Below the pieces are notes generated by a model. It ran no database searches. It was given only the letters and a program-made list of their open reading frames with translations, and was not told the origin of the DNA. Position numbers and translations under genes: made by a program. 64,000 nt of DNA from Octopus bimaculoides (Eukaryota): assembly GCF_001194135.2 (NCBI RefSeq), contig NC_068983.1, forward strand, positions 120,446,633 through 120,510,632, in the 5' to 3' direction. Each line of letters starts with the position of its first letter. Position 1 is the first letter of the stretch. Below, in pieces: positions 13,011 through 26,672 of the stretch.

Positions 13011-13888
13011 ATTATATCATGCAAATAACTACTTGTTAGTTTTGTGTTATTTAGAATCTTTTTTTACAACAAACAAATAAAGTTATAAATGGTTATCATA
13101 GCCACAAAACAATTTTTTAAAACTTTCAATACATAATCTCGGATCAAAACACTTGTCAAACAAATATAACTGCAGAAGTAAACTTGTTTTTTAGTAACTT
13201 CTCAAATTGTTTGCTTTGCTTCTGAGTATGTAATGTGATAAAATGCTCCCACACAGGATGCAAATATTTAATTTGAAAGTGAAAAACAATTCTCACCTTG
13301 ATGGGTTTTTTCTTGTTTCATTCTTTCTATTAGTCACAAATCAGCCTTAATCCAAGAAATCTATAATAGGAAACCTTCATGTTGGTGTTTAATCACAGAT
13401 CAATATTGATTCAGGAGATGCTTAATGCTTTTGTCTAGTTCCAAGTCGGTCTTGTTCCAGCAAACATCTGTTGTTTTAGTCCCAGATCAGTCCTGATGTG
13501 AGAGACTGATAGTTTCAAGTTGTATCAATGTCATTTTCTTTCTTTTTTGGATTTGTCAAGAAGATATTTTCTTCTCTAAATACCTTTTTGTTTCTAGGCT
13601 TAATCGTTTATCACCTTCTTCATATACACAGCTTCTTAAAATTCTTTCAACTCACCAATTTGTACATCATTACAGTTTGATTTATTGGTACTTGGAAAAG
13701 TGTGAGCTAAGTGGTACAAAACTAAATGTAGTGAGATTTGAATTAATGTACACGTGTATTTGATGCTTCAGTTATACACTGCACTTTATACTTTCCCATC
13801 TAATATTGTTTCACCTTTTCTCTTATATCAAACTTAAATTTAGAGCGAGTGTGGCATTCATGTTATTCTCAATGGCATTAATAATGTA

Positions 13889-14050
13889 TGAGGGTCAGCT
13901 GAAGAGTTCATAGGCTGACCAAGAAATATCCTGGAATGTGACCAAATGAGGTTTTTCAACATAGTCCCCCTTGCTGTCCACACATTTCTTCCACTGTCTC
14001 TGTAGTGCTTGGATCTCATTGGAGAAAAAGCTTTCATCCTCGAACACATA
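13889..14050 (-). mobile_element. Mariner 3' end fragment with TIR
   Basis: TA|TGAGGGTCAGCTGAAGAGTTCATAGGCTGAC; minus strand encodes FFSNEIQALQRQWKKCVDSKGDYVEK. Confidence 0.85.
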
Positions 14051-16888
14051 TTGATATTTTCCAATATTTCCTCCTGATAAACACATTTAATGGAATGATG
14101 ATGTACCCAAAGGTAGTCCATTGCTGGGATTTAAGCAAAAAAACCTTTCGTGATTTTAATTCTTAAACCCTCACCCACATGTGTATGTATATATTAAAAA
14201 AAAAAAGCCTTTATTAACAGAAAAGTACATTATTAAAATAAATTCTTTTACATTTTTTAAAACCCTTGGATAAATCCCAACAATGACTTCAGGCTCTTCA
14301 ATACCTGTGTGATTGATAAGGGTTAAGTCTAATTTGAGCATCTGTAACGATTTATAGGAGTGGGGATGAATTTTTTTTCCATAATCATATGAGGTCCAGT
14401 GTGCAGAACAAATTCACAAATTTCTGAAAATATCAAAGAAATAGGAAAATTATGACCAGTTAAAGGGTGTATTTTGATCCAGAATCCATAATAGCTTGTG
14501 TGCATGTGCAAATATTAACTTTTTGAATTTGGATTTCAAAGGATTTCAAAAATTATTTTCAGATTGAACAGAAATAAATAAGATTTGAATTGTCTGTATT
14601 CTAAAACTGATTATAAAAAAGAATTTCAAAGAAAGAGTGGAAATTTTAGGATTTATGGTGGGAATTAAAATTTTTTTCATAATATGAATTGCTGTGTGTA
14701 GAACACAAATTTTCAAAAATTCTCTGAAAATTAGAAAAAAATAAAGTTATGAGCGATTATATTGGAGGGTCATCTAATGTAGCAACCATGTCAGCTTGAA
14801 TGTCTTTGGGAGCTGCCCTTTTTCTGCAGGTACTTGATAACACCACAATGCCGTCATCCTTTTTGTTTTTCTCTCCCACCCTTTCCCTATTCTTTTCCTT
14901 TCACCGTTCCCTCTCTCGCTCTCACACTTCTTCCTTAATCCTCTTGTCGCTGACACATGACGAAAGAAATTCTTTCTTTATATTTGCTGCCTTCTTATAG
15001 AGAAGACATGATTTTTCTGTCTCATTCACATCCAACTAGCGTTCAAAATAATAATTTTTCTATAGTCTTGGCTTAACAACCCTTACCGTTTGTTTTTACT
15101 GTCTGGTCTTGTTTTTAACCGTCTTGTCTTGTTTTTACTATCTTGTTCTCACTGTCCTGTTCTTGTTAACACTTTCATCCTCCTCAAAAAATTCCAAATT
15201 TTATTTAATTTGCTTTGCGGGAAGGACTTCCAACGAAGTCGCGTATTGTCCTTGCCTTCGAAACACGGAGTAGATGGATAGGGACAACTGATGAAGGGGA
15301 ATATTCTTTATGTTGCATGTCTCGTTTCTCTTTGTTTTTTTTTTGTTGTGCGAATAAAAGTTCATTTTCTGTTTTCGTTTCTCATTGTGTTTAACGTTTT
15401 TTGTGATGTCCTGTACCCATATATGCATGTATGTATACATATAGATGTAGGTATGTACATATGTGTATGTATATATATATATANNNNNNNNNNNNNNNNN
15501 NNNNNNNNNNNNNNNNNNNNNNNNNNNNNNNNNNNNNNNNNNNNNNNNNNNNNNNNNNNNNNNNNNNNNNNNTCATTAAAAGATTTATTTAATCATGAAC
15601 ATAGAAATTATACATTAATCGCAATTTTTTTAAGCAGTTTTATCCATAAAAATTTTATTTGCATAGAGCAAAATTTGAAAGATATATGAAATGGACGTGT
15701 GTGTGGGTGTGTGTATGTGAGAGAGAAAGTAAGAAAGTGAGATAGTGAGTGAGTGAAGTAATTGTTATATGCTTATAGAAAAACAATTTATATTATAGAA
15801 ATTGATATATACCTGTTGAAGATTAAAATGTATGTAAGAGCTATTGTTTTCGACGCGTGTATAATCATAGAGAAACTGAAAGACAGATGTCTGTGTGTGT
15901 GTGTGTATTTTTGGCGGGATTTTTGCATTTAGCAGGAGTTGGTTTGTTTTATCGCTTGATCAATGGCCGTACAAGAGAAAAGGAAAGGCAATCTTTTGAA
16001 GTGGGCGTCTAATGAAGAGACATGGACAGATTTATGACTAAACTTCTTTTGAAGTTGTGGTGAGATGGGAGAATTGATATGCATGTATGTATGTCTGTGT
16101 GTGTGTGTGTTTGATGGGGTGTGCGCGACAGATTAATGTTGATGGTGTATGTGTATATGAGAGAGAAAGAAAGAAAGAGATAAATGAAATTTATCATTCA
16201 GTTTATTTTATGTATATATGTATGAATGGCTTCAGTGACACATACACGCATGCACGCAGGTTTTAATCAATTTTCTCTGTAAGTATGGGGGCTAGGAAAA
16301 AAATAGAAAGCGCGTTCCAATCTATGCACCCGTCTCCACGTGTGTCATTTTTCATGCAAATACACCCAGCCGTTTGGCAATGAACCTCAAGACAAGAAAG
16401 AATACAATGGTCAGCCAACTTCAACTTATATTATATTTATATATATATATATATATGTTCAGATTTCTCTTAGTTTCTTTTTAGCAGTTAGTAAGCTAGG
16501 GTGGAACAGTTAATGTTTACCTTTTTAATGCAATATATTGTACAGATATCAGTGAATATAAATTCAATTCTGGCTGTTATAATTTTTTCTTTCACAAAAT
16601 AGCTAAATAGAGTACTCTGTTTAAAATATTTACAGACATATACATTTTGGTGTATGTGATTTCTCATTTTATTGGTTTTATTTATAAATGAATATAGTTT
16701 CTCAACAATTTTGTCTGTATGTTATCTATTTTAATCACTTCAATTTATTTCTTGCAATCTTAAATAAAATCTCTCTTGTGAATTTGCTTTATTTAAAAAA
16801 ATTTTTGAATAAAGATTTGGTCAGAATTTATTGTCAAATATTTTGCTTAAAAATTCTAATTTAGTAAATTTTCTGCTATTTTCAGTTT

Positions 16889-17927
16889 ATGATGCTCTTT
16901 GAAAGTGAAGTAGAGACATCAACTGAAGTTTGTCCAGAATCGGCAGAGAAGGATGGACCAGCAGTTGTTGAAAGATTCTGCGATGAAACTGAACGTTCAA
17001 GGACAATGCTCACAGGCTTTGCCAAATTGTATGAGAAAAATCTATTCACTGATGTCATATTATGTGCTGGACGTAAAGAATTTCCTTGTCATAAAAATGT
17101 ACTTGCTATTTCAAGTCCTTACTTTATGGCAATGTTTACCAATGACATGGCTGAAAAGAATCAAAAAAAGATCACTTTACGATCAATTGACTCTCAAACA
17201 GCTCAGTTGGTGTTGGACTACATTTACACTGGATCAGTTATGCTTTCTAAAGATACAGTTCAGGAGTTACTATCGGCAGCAAATATATTTCAGCTGGTGT
17301 CATTAAAGACAGGTTGTGCTTCATTTATGAAGAACCATGTAGATGTTAGCAACTGCATTGGTGTTTACTTTTTTGCTCTTGCTCATGGATGTATGGCGCT
17401 ATCAAATGTTTCGAAAACTATTATTAATCAGGAATTCTCTCGTCTCTATCGTGAAAATGAATTTTTGAATCTTCCTGCTGACAAAGTCGTTGAAATTATT
17501 AGTGATGATAACATTTGTATAAGTCAGGAAGAAGTGGTTTATGAGGCATGTATGGCTTGGCTTAAGCATGACATAAATGAACGAGTAGGCTCTTTAGATG
17601 TCATCTTGAACCATGTTCGCTTTGCCAATATCAACTCCTACTATTTCTGTGATAAAATTGATTCTGATCTGTCTCTTTTAAGTTATGAAAACGTCCAAAA
17701 GACTTTACACTCTGTTCGTCTGTATTATATGCTCAAAAACCGTCATTTAGAACTGGGGCTAAATCTGATGCCACGCAGAGGTATGGACTTTAAACGAGGT
17801 ATAGTAATAATTGCCAATCCGTATGCAGAAGATCCACAGAGGAAGTATGGTGCGATGGAAATACTCTTTCCTAAAACTGGTAATGTTCGTTATGTATGTA
17901 AACTCCCTCAAGGTCTTTGCACACCAG
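16889..17927 (+). CDS. Kelch-like (BTB-BACK-Kelch) protein, first coding exon: BTB, BACK and start of blade 1
   Basis: ORF has BTB (LFTDVILCAGRKEFPCHKNVLAISSPYFMAMF...LDYIYTG) and BACK (SNCIGV...EFLNL...EEVVYEACMAWLKHD...HVRF). Acceptor ttttcag ends 16885, ATG 16889, donor AG|GTAAGT at 17928 (phase 1). Confidence 0.96.
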
Positions 17928-18295
17928 GTAAGTTCAGTATTTAAGTCTTTCATAGAAATTGTGAAGGAAATATACTTATTATAAGTGATTCATTCTCATT
18001 TTCTCTTGATTAAAAGTTATTTCATTTCCACCTGAAGAAAATTATGGTCCATATAATTTTATATTTCTTTGTATTTGTTGTATATTAAGAAATATTTCAA
18101 TATTTCTTCAATATTTTTAAATCTAGGAAATAACTATTCAATTATGTCTAAGGAGTTTGGCAATCTTGACATATTAGGAAGGGTACGGTGTTCCAACCTG
18201 AATCAGATTTTATCCAATTTGCTTCCCACTCTGTTTTGTTTTATCAATTGTAAGTGGCAGGATATACTTTGTATGTGCATGATAGGATTGTTTAA

Positions 18296-18832
18296 CCCCA
18301 TGACAATGGATTTTTTTTTTTTAATCAAGTGACTAAGTTGCATTGATGGTAATTATCTCAGCTGAGATAAGCAATTAGCACATGGCAATGGTTCCACATA
18401 TATTTACATCAACTGCTTTAATCAGTTTACGGCAGTGATTCATTCGGTTGCCTGCGCGCAGCAATGGTAATTGTGCCAATGGAGGTCAGCACTCAGTGCG
18501 AGATAATGTTTGTATATTTATGTGAACTGCTTTAGTGCAAGTGCTGTTTATTTACCTAAACTATATCCCTGTGCAGGACACTCATGCAGTATTATTCCTG
18601 AATAATATCACTCGACAGCACAAGTGAGATCAACTTCATGTATTTACAAACACGTGAATTCACTTTAGTATGGTAGTTCAAAACAGGGTACCACACACAA
18701 TGGCATATCATACTGTGAACAATGGTTGCTTGCGCATCTCTTTGAAGCATTTGTCTTCTTGGTGGTGGGGAGAAACAGTCATGGAAAATGTCCACACCCC
18801 TTCACCATTCACCATTCAGCGAGCAAGCGAGC

Positions 18833-18867
<35 letters not shown>

Positions 18868-20425
18868 AGAGTCTGGTGTGGGGATGTCCACACATTCTGC
18901 ACTTTGGCAGGTCTGATATTTCTATCATTTCATAGAACAATAGATTCCTAAATGTCAATCCATCCTCCACACTGTCAAGTATCTGCCAAATCAAATGTGA
19001 GTTCATGACACATCAACTATATACATGAACATTTTTTTGTACCATTTCACAAATTTCCTTACCCATTTGTGTTTCATTACCAGCTGATCTGAGCAATTGA
19101 CTCCTCTATCCCTTCAGTGTATGAAACATCTACACTTGGTTTCATTATGGTATTACCATCCACATCTTGTTTCCTAGTGTCCTTCATGTTTGCAGAATGC
19201 ATTGTAGATAACATGCAGACATTTTTCTTGTCGCACCACACTAAAGCAAGAATGCCACTATCGTTGCATCGGTATGCTGTTTCTTCCTTTCAAAGTTTTA
19301 TCTTGTGAAAATCAGACTGCATGCCTTTTACTGTAGCCTTTTTCAAACAAATTTTCATTCAGCAGCATCATGCCATCAGATCAATTGATATTAGAGTAGA
19401 TGCTGGAAGATCCAATCTGTCTTGACCACTGTAGATTTTGTAATTCCACATCTACCCACAGGCTCTGCCAGCCGACTGGCATACCTTGACTCCAATGCTG
19501 GCTTGTTTGGCTGGGTTGTATTGTTTGAATCAGAGCCTTCCCTTGAATTTCCACAAACTCTTGTCTGTACAAGTGTCTTGTGTGGGGACATACACTGTTC
19601 TGAAATTTTCAGCTACTTCGTCAACGATAGGACATATTTTGTGTAGCTTGTCATCCTGGTTCTCGCCTGTGTTGAAATGTAGATTTATTGATCATGTGGC
19701 ATCGTTTCTGGAAAGAAGGGTGTCAACTTGGCTGGATTCAGATTCCAATATGTTGCCGGGGTTAGTTTCTTCACATTGCCTAGCAGGGCAAGCAGAACTT
19801 TGATTTTTTTGTTCCCCCCTGTGGTTGGAAATCAATCATCGCCATAGCTTGGTCTGAGATGCTGGGGATGGTTTTTGGCAGTCATTTGTTTCATCCACTA
19901 TATATTGAAGCATTTTGTCTGTCAAAAACTTGTGGAGAATTTCCAATGGTGAACATCCATGTTCAAGGTTTACCTTTATTCCAGGCATACCAGTAAACCC
20001 ATGCAGTCAGATGAAATTGCTTCTTGCTTGCCACATGGCATTCTGTTGTCCAGGGCCGTTAACTGCTGCCTGCCTGCCTGTACCTTTGATTCACCAGAAT
20101 ATCATCATTGTTATTGGAATCCTCTGATTCTGAACTAGGAAAATATTCACTCTCTGAGTCATCATCTGAACTGGAAGAAAGAACTGGTGAGGTGGTGGAG
20201 CTTGGTGTGACAACCGTAAATTTGAAATAGGACGCGACGACAGAGCTGGAGTTGCAGGACCAGCCTATCGGGTAGTAAATATTTACATGAAACGTCTAAT
20301 TGGCTTATCAGTTGGCAGGTGGATCGGTACTCAGGCGACAAGTTCTAAGTCAGATGGCGTATAATTGTCAACTGATTTAAAATATGTACATTGCATGCGT
20401 GAATTTGTCAACCGTTTTAAAAGGG
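18296..20425 (-). mobile_element. Degenerate piggyBac (PGBD4-like) element
   Basis: Minus-strand relics PTQDTCTDKSLWKFKGRL*FKQYNPAKQASIGVKV, GILALVWCDKKNVCMLSTMH...KPSV and a Cys-rich C-terminus ending YHT. TTAA|CCC at 18292 and GGG|TTAA at 20426 are plausible ends. (GA)n at ~18830-18870. Confidence 0.75.
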
Positions 20426-20568
20426 TTAACAAATTTAAAAGCCAGTTGTTTAGCCCCAGGTTAGCTTTAATGAAGCACACCTATGATTAAAGATATTTCA
20501 GTTTTGACTGTTATTTCTTCCTCTATAGTGTCCAGGCCTTAAATTGCTTATGTCCTTTTTAAGTAGAG

Positions 20569-20846
20569 CAGGGGTTTTCAAACTGTGGTCCGCGGACCAC
20601 AGGGGGTCCGCAAGGACAAGACAAGGGGTCCGTGGACAGCAAATACTTTTTATGGGCAATATGATTTTATATATGTTTTTTAATCGAAATCTTTTAATTG
20701 ACAATATACCTATTTGTTAAATGCTGTTAAATAAATGCAAAAATGTTATTTTAAGCAAATATTTATGTATAAATTTCATAAGCGTTTATAAGGGTAAAGC
20801 CTGAAATATAAAGTGGTCCGCAAGTCAAAAAGTTTGAAAACCCCTG
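20569..20846. mobile_element. hAT-type MITE, 278 bp
   Basis: Perfect 16-bp TIR CAGGGGTTTTCAAACT; perfect 8-bp TSD AAGTAGAG (20561-20568, 20847-20854). Confidence 0.95.
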
Positions 20847-21861
20847 AAGTAGAGTATAATTTCAAATATTTGGTTGTTCTTCAGCAGATGTAGATCGTTG
20901 GATCTAGCTATGTTTTAGCTGCAGGTCAGCTTTGTCTGAGGGGGCCTATGATTAAAGCTGTTCTAGCTGCGATCATCACATCTTTTTAAATAGCCAATTA
21001 TTCTACTCTGCTCTCTCATTAACTGAAAATAGGGATCACTCTCACTTAACAGGTGGGAGTGTAAGAATACCCAGCTTTAACACAAATGCTTCAATGATTC
21101 AAACAAATATTCAATATTTGTGCAATCATCTAATCTCTAGATAGTATGGGGTGGTGGGGAAGTAACATGCACGTGAGAAAATGTCTTAATTATTGTAAAA
21201 TACAGGGGGTCCGCAAAGTCTGGGTACATGGAGTAAATAAAATCATAACATAAACAATTAAATATAAGAAATAATAATTTCTTAAAGTATGTGTTAATCC
21301 CCATGTACCCAGACTTTGTGGACACCCTGTAGTTTAGCAGAAAGGATGCTAGATGACAAAGCATTTAGCATTCTTATGTCCGGTTTCATCAGTCAACTCT
21401 GCTTTCATACCTCTAAATCTATAAAAAATAGGTATTAGCAATATGGTGTAAATTTATTTGATTGTCTCTACCCGAATTACTCCCCTATATATTTCTGAGC
21501 TTATGCTAATGTAAGAAATCAATGTTTTTGACAACTGAATTTCTGATTGTATTTCATTAAATTGTTAGTTTCTGCTTTACTATGCATATAGGTAAATCAT
21601 GTCTTTCATTAGTCTATTATTGTTTATAGTTACTAGTGCATGACCAGTTGTTTTATAACTATCACCTTGCTTCATAGAAATATATATATATATATATATA
21701 TATGTAAATTTTATTATATGTATTTATTTTCTCTTAGTTAATAAATAACTCAGACAAAATAAATTGGTTAATAGATACCAGGGTAGCAAGGATCATAAAA
21801 TGACTGTGGTGTAACTCCTGTGTATGAGGTAGAAACTCCTTGTTATTTTGGGTACTTGAGT

Positions 21862-22273
21862 AAATATATAAATTTAGTAGATGGAGTAAAACGTATATGT
21901 TAACAATACTTTTATTTCCAACATATGTTTCGAAGATTACAGATTATACCTTCCATAGGAATAGGTGATGTTGATAAGAATGTAATCTTCTCTTCAGGGA
22001 AATGCATGGGAACCAGCTTAACTGTAAGACATTTTAACCGAATATGATAACTGTAGTTAGAGAAGATTGTTACGTAACAATCTTCTCTAACTACAGTTAT
22101 CATATTCGGTTAAAATGTCTTACAGTTAAGCTGGTTCCCATGCATTTCCCTGAAGAGAAGATTACATTCTTATCAACATCACCTATTGGAAGGTATAATT
22201 TGTGATCTTTGAAACATATGTTGCAAATAAAAGTATTCAGTTAACATATGCGTTTTACTCCATTTACTAAATT

Positions 22274-22285
<12 letters not shown>
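21862..22285. repeat. Foldback inverted repeat of ~210-bp arms; inner 226 bp is a perfect spacer-free palindrome
   Basis: Checked base by base from the centre TGTTAC|GTAACA (22073/22074): perfect to 21961/22186, then diverged with indels out to a TA tract. Confidence 0.95.
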
Positions 22286-22315
<30 letters not shown>

Positions 22316-23028
22316 AGAAAGAATTAAGTAAAACAATATTGAAATAAAAGAAACCTTTAATAGATCAAAGTACTTTCTTTTTTTAACATCCTCTTTACAT
22401 TGCTATCTGACACAGTCTCTTTAGGGTGAATTTAGTTTTTGAGTGATTGATGGCTATAAAAATGACTATGTAAATAATCATTCAACTATTTTCCTGGGAT
22501 GATTGAATGAAGGAAGTTGAGATGGACAGTGTCTGTGAATTGTCTAGTTTACTTGTGCATTGGGTGTGAGTTCAATGTAAAATCAGTGATAGATAGGTAG
22601 CTAGATACTTCTTTTATTACAATATTACAACATTGGAAAAAAATGTATGAATCTAAATTTTGGCTTTCTTTCCAACAGCGTTATGTCTCTCAGTATGTAC
22701 GAATGTATGTACACAGATAAATGCATAAATTTCTTATTTTCTATAGTTGTCTTAATACATTAACTAAATGTCTTTAATAATCCTGTTGAGAAACTAAGGT
22801 TAATGTAGTGATAGACAGGACATGATGTTTGGAAATGTGTAGGAACGATATCGGCTTCTATATAACAGATGGCCTTTTCTTGAATGTGCCCTACCACCTT
22901 GACTCAACATTCCTGTTCCTCAAATTAGAAAGTGATTGTGTTGCTGGGATATGAGTTTACTGTTTCTTTGTTTCTGAATTTCTGAGATTTTAAATTTGAA
23001 GAAACCTAAAAATAACCTTTCTATATAT

Positions 23029-23222
23029 GCACAAGGCCTGAAATTAGAGGGATGGGGTCTTGTTGATTACATAGACCTCACTGTTCAACTGGTACTTATT
23101 TTGACTCCGAAAGGATGAAAGGCAAAGTTGACCTCAGTGGAATTTGAACTCAGAATGTAAAGACAAACAAGATGCAACTAAGCATTTTGTCTGGTGTGCT
23201 AACAATTCTGCCAGCTCTCCAT
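23029..23222 (-). mobile_element. SINE-like repeat, CpG-decayed
   Basis: Same family as 476-682 and 946-1158. Confidence 0.75.
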
Positions 23223-24410
23223 CTTAGGAAATGTGAAAATATGACTGAAACCATTTGCAAACATAACACTTATATATGTTATGTATATGTAGCTATAAAG
23301 GAAATGAAAATAAAAAGTCAAGGGTTAGTGTGTAATCATTAAATGAATTTATGTACATATACTTACTGTATGTATAATGTATTTTTTAACAGTTTTGGTT
23401 TAACAACTAACTAGGACAAGGATCTATTTAAATTGTTAGATTTTGGTCTGGTTGTATGTGCGGGGTATAAATGAGTGTACAAATTTCTGTCTAGCTCACA
23501 GTGCAGTTCTCTTTAACGTAGCTCACAATTCAGTTGTTTTGGTTTCTTTTAGAAACACACATTATAGATATATTCTCTTGCTATATTTAACTGATTTTAT
23601 TAAATTGTTGATTTTTTAAAGTGATTTCTGCTACATTTCTTGTAAATTTACACTAAGAATGTCTGATCTTTATCTGATCTTTTTGTTTTTTATCTGTTTA
23701 ATTAGCTGGGAAATTTAACAAAGAACAATTTTTATAACCTTTGCTAGGACTATGACATGGTTTAGATATTGATGGGCAATATCCCCACTTAAACATGAAT
23801 ATTCTGTTGGAACACAGAAACACGCACACCAAAATATTAATCTTTGAAATTTTTCTTGCCTCTCCAAACTTCTATTTCAGACTATTCAAATGTCTGTAAC
23901 GTTTACATTTATTTTCCCAAAACAATTTTTTGTGAATTCAGTTTCAAACAGATGAATCTGCATAAGANNNNNNNNNNNNNNNNNNNNNNNNNNNNNNNNN
24001 NNNNNNNNNNNNNNNNNNNNNNNNNNNNNNNNNNNNNNNNNNNNNNNNNNNNNNNNNNNNNNNNNNNNNNNNNNNNNNNNNNNNNNNNNNNNNNNNNNNN
24101 NNNNNNNNNNNNNNNNNNNNNNNNNNNNNNNNNNNNNNNNNNNNNNNNNNNNNNNNNNNNNNNNNNNNNNNNNNNNNNNNNNNNNNNNNNNNNNNNNNNN
24201 NNNNNNNNNNNNNNNNNNNNNNNNNNNNNNNNNNNNNNNNNNNNNNNNNTGCTGATGTTTGAAATAAGCACTCATCCCAGATTATGATTGTGCATAAAAA
24301 AATTATTTCCAATCTTTTCAATTATACTACTTTGATATATTTGAGAAAAGAGTTTTGTAAAACGTCAAAAACTAAACAGATTATGATGCAAGCTGGACTA
24401 AGTACATAGT

Positions 24411-24577
24411 GACATTTTGTCCGTCTTTACATTCTGAGTTCAAATTCTGCTGAAGTTGATTTTGCAGTTCATCCTTTCTGGATCGATAACAATAAATACC
24501 AGTTGAGTACTGGGTTGACATATTTGACTCATCCTCTCCCTTGAAATTGTTGGCCTTGTTCCAAAATTTGCAACCCT
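24411..24577 (+). mobile_element. SINE-like repeat
   Basis: TTCTGAGTTCAAATTCTGCTGAAGTTGATTTTGCAGTTCATCC...; same family, opposite orientation to 23029-23222. Confidence 0.7.
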
Positions 24578-26544
24578 TTTTTTTTTATTTTTATTTTTTG
24601 TAGCAAAATATCCAACCCAAATAAATAGACGTGTTTTAATAATGAAAGCTTTTATATAGTACCTACTCTTTGACAAGAATTTTTCCAAATATTTTCCAGA
24701 GCAAAATATCAAACTAAATAATGAAAAGCAATGTGCATTCAATTATGACAGCTTCAATATGCTTTTCTTCTTACATTCTAACTGCAACATAGGTGATAAA
24801 ACCTATATCTTCTCTCTCTCTTTGAAAAAGGATGTGTTAGTTAGGTTTTTTTTCACTTTTCTTTCTGTCACTCTATTTTTGTCAGGTTTCACAACAGTTC
24901 TAAATGACTACTACATGAATGGAAATACTGAACAATTTAGGTTTTCATAAGCAAACTACATTATTGCCAATGACAAGCTGTGTGTCTTTGTGTGCATGCA
25001 CACTTATAGCATTTCCGCAGTCTCAAAGATATCTTATTTAGAGCTGCTCAAAGTGTTGAAAGATACTTTCTGTATGAAGTGATACATTTCTGGAAAAAAA
25101 TGGAATTAACACTGTCACATTTTAAATAGGCTTTGACTTTCTGTATAAAGCACCAGTGATCTGTTCTGCATCTACTGAATAGTAATAATTGTTACTATAG
25201 TAGCAATTCAATGGTTATAATGTGAAATTTGTTTCACAAAAGTGTAATGAGACGGTGTGTTAATCAGTCTTAACCATGAGGTTCAGATGGAAGCACTTTT
25301 TGTACCATATTTCTGTTGAAATACATTACTTAATGAAGAATTATCTTTGTCATTAACATAAACTAGCATGAAATTTTGATAGATTTTTAAATCACTTTGA
25401 TGTTTGTATCATAGAATGAAGGACACTCTCAGGTTGGTTAGTTTCAAAATGGTTAAAAAGAAAATGCTGGCAAGGTAGTTTAACAGTTGTGTATCTTTTT
25501 GTATTTATTAAACACCTACCTGATTGCACTACAGTGATTTAGAAAGCTGTGATTATTGATAATGTTGCTCTTGGCTCAATCATCTCTACCAATAAGTTGC
25601 CAAGTAATAATGGCCTGACCAACCAGCTGAGGTGTAGTTCATCTACCCCACCGCTTTACATTTTTCTCTTCAGATACTGATGTTTTTGACTATGGAAATA
25701 GCAATTTTGCCAAAATAAATAAGCAGATCAAAATTTTAATTCCATCTCATTCCTTTTCATTTTACACTTGTTTTAAGAAAATTTTCTTAGAAAAAAACAA
25801 GACAAAACAAAAAAGATTGAAGCTTTCAGAGGTTTTAAGTAAATCAGGATCAACCAGTGATATAAAGCATTTATAGGTAAAGCATTGCACAGAGAAGCTT
25901 ATAGTATGACAGGTGATAAACCTATTGCTAATTCATAAGTTTTTAAACCATAATTCTGATATCTGTCCCCAATAATTTGTAGTTTTTGTCTAATTCACTC
26001 AAATAACATGCTACAAAAAATTCTTTTTCAAAAATATCCTTTCCTATTTGTCATGTATTATGTTCCAAAATTTCATTAATCGGATTACTTTCATCATAGA
26101 AAATGAAAACATTAAAGTAATACTTTCAATATTGAATACACTTGATATTTTGATTAAATTAAAACAAAAATAAAATGCTACATAATGAAAAGAAAAATAT
26201 TTTTACAAAAAAAATATTTTTCAGATTCTGAATCCAAAGTTAGAAAACTTAAAACTCTGAAGACCATTGAAAAGTCTAAGAAAAAATAGAAAATTTTTTC
26301 CCTGCTGAATCATAGACTGTTTAAAGCAAAGAAAAATATTTTGAGAAAGTCAAAACTAAAGTTAGAACCAATAGTACATTTGAAATTTTGAAAAGATTTT
26401 ATTTTTGCAGAATCATAATTATGCGACACCAGCTTGGGTGCTCACTATGCAGCACCAGCACTTGTAACACAAAGATCTCTCAGCTGAGAGAAGTCAGGTT
26501 ATGGCAATAAAGGACCTACCTGTGTGGATGGATGGCTGGGATTT

Positions 26545-26672
26545 TTAGCTTGATGTGTCTTAAGTACAGCAAATCACCACAAATCTTGGTCCCTTGTCAT
26601 CTCCTCGGTGAGGCTCAGCATCTGAAGATCCTTTCTCACCACTTCATCCCTTATCTTCCTGGGTCTACCCCT
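26545..26672 (-). mobile_element. RTE LINE ORF C-terminal fragment
   Basis: Minus strand GRPRKIRDEVVRKDLQMLSLTEEMTRDQDLW, homologous to the 32528-32998 ORF end. Confidence 0.7.

Noticed and set aside
12318-13080. His/Cys/Thr-rich proteins
   Set aside because: Translation of low-complexity CA-rich sequence.
17928-17944. Single-exon 351-aa protein as in the ORF track
   Set aside because: The last codons are read-through past a GTAAGT donor; phase-compatible kelch exons continue the protein.
23844-24321. Long ORFs spanning N runs (also ~15.4, 35.4, 41.3, 42.6, 55.3 and 60.5 kb)
   Set aside because: Open only because N codons contain no stops.
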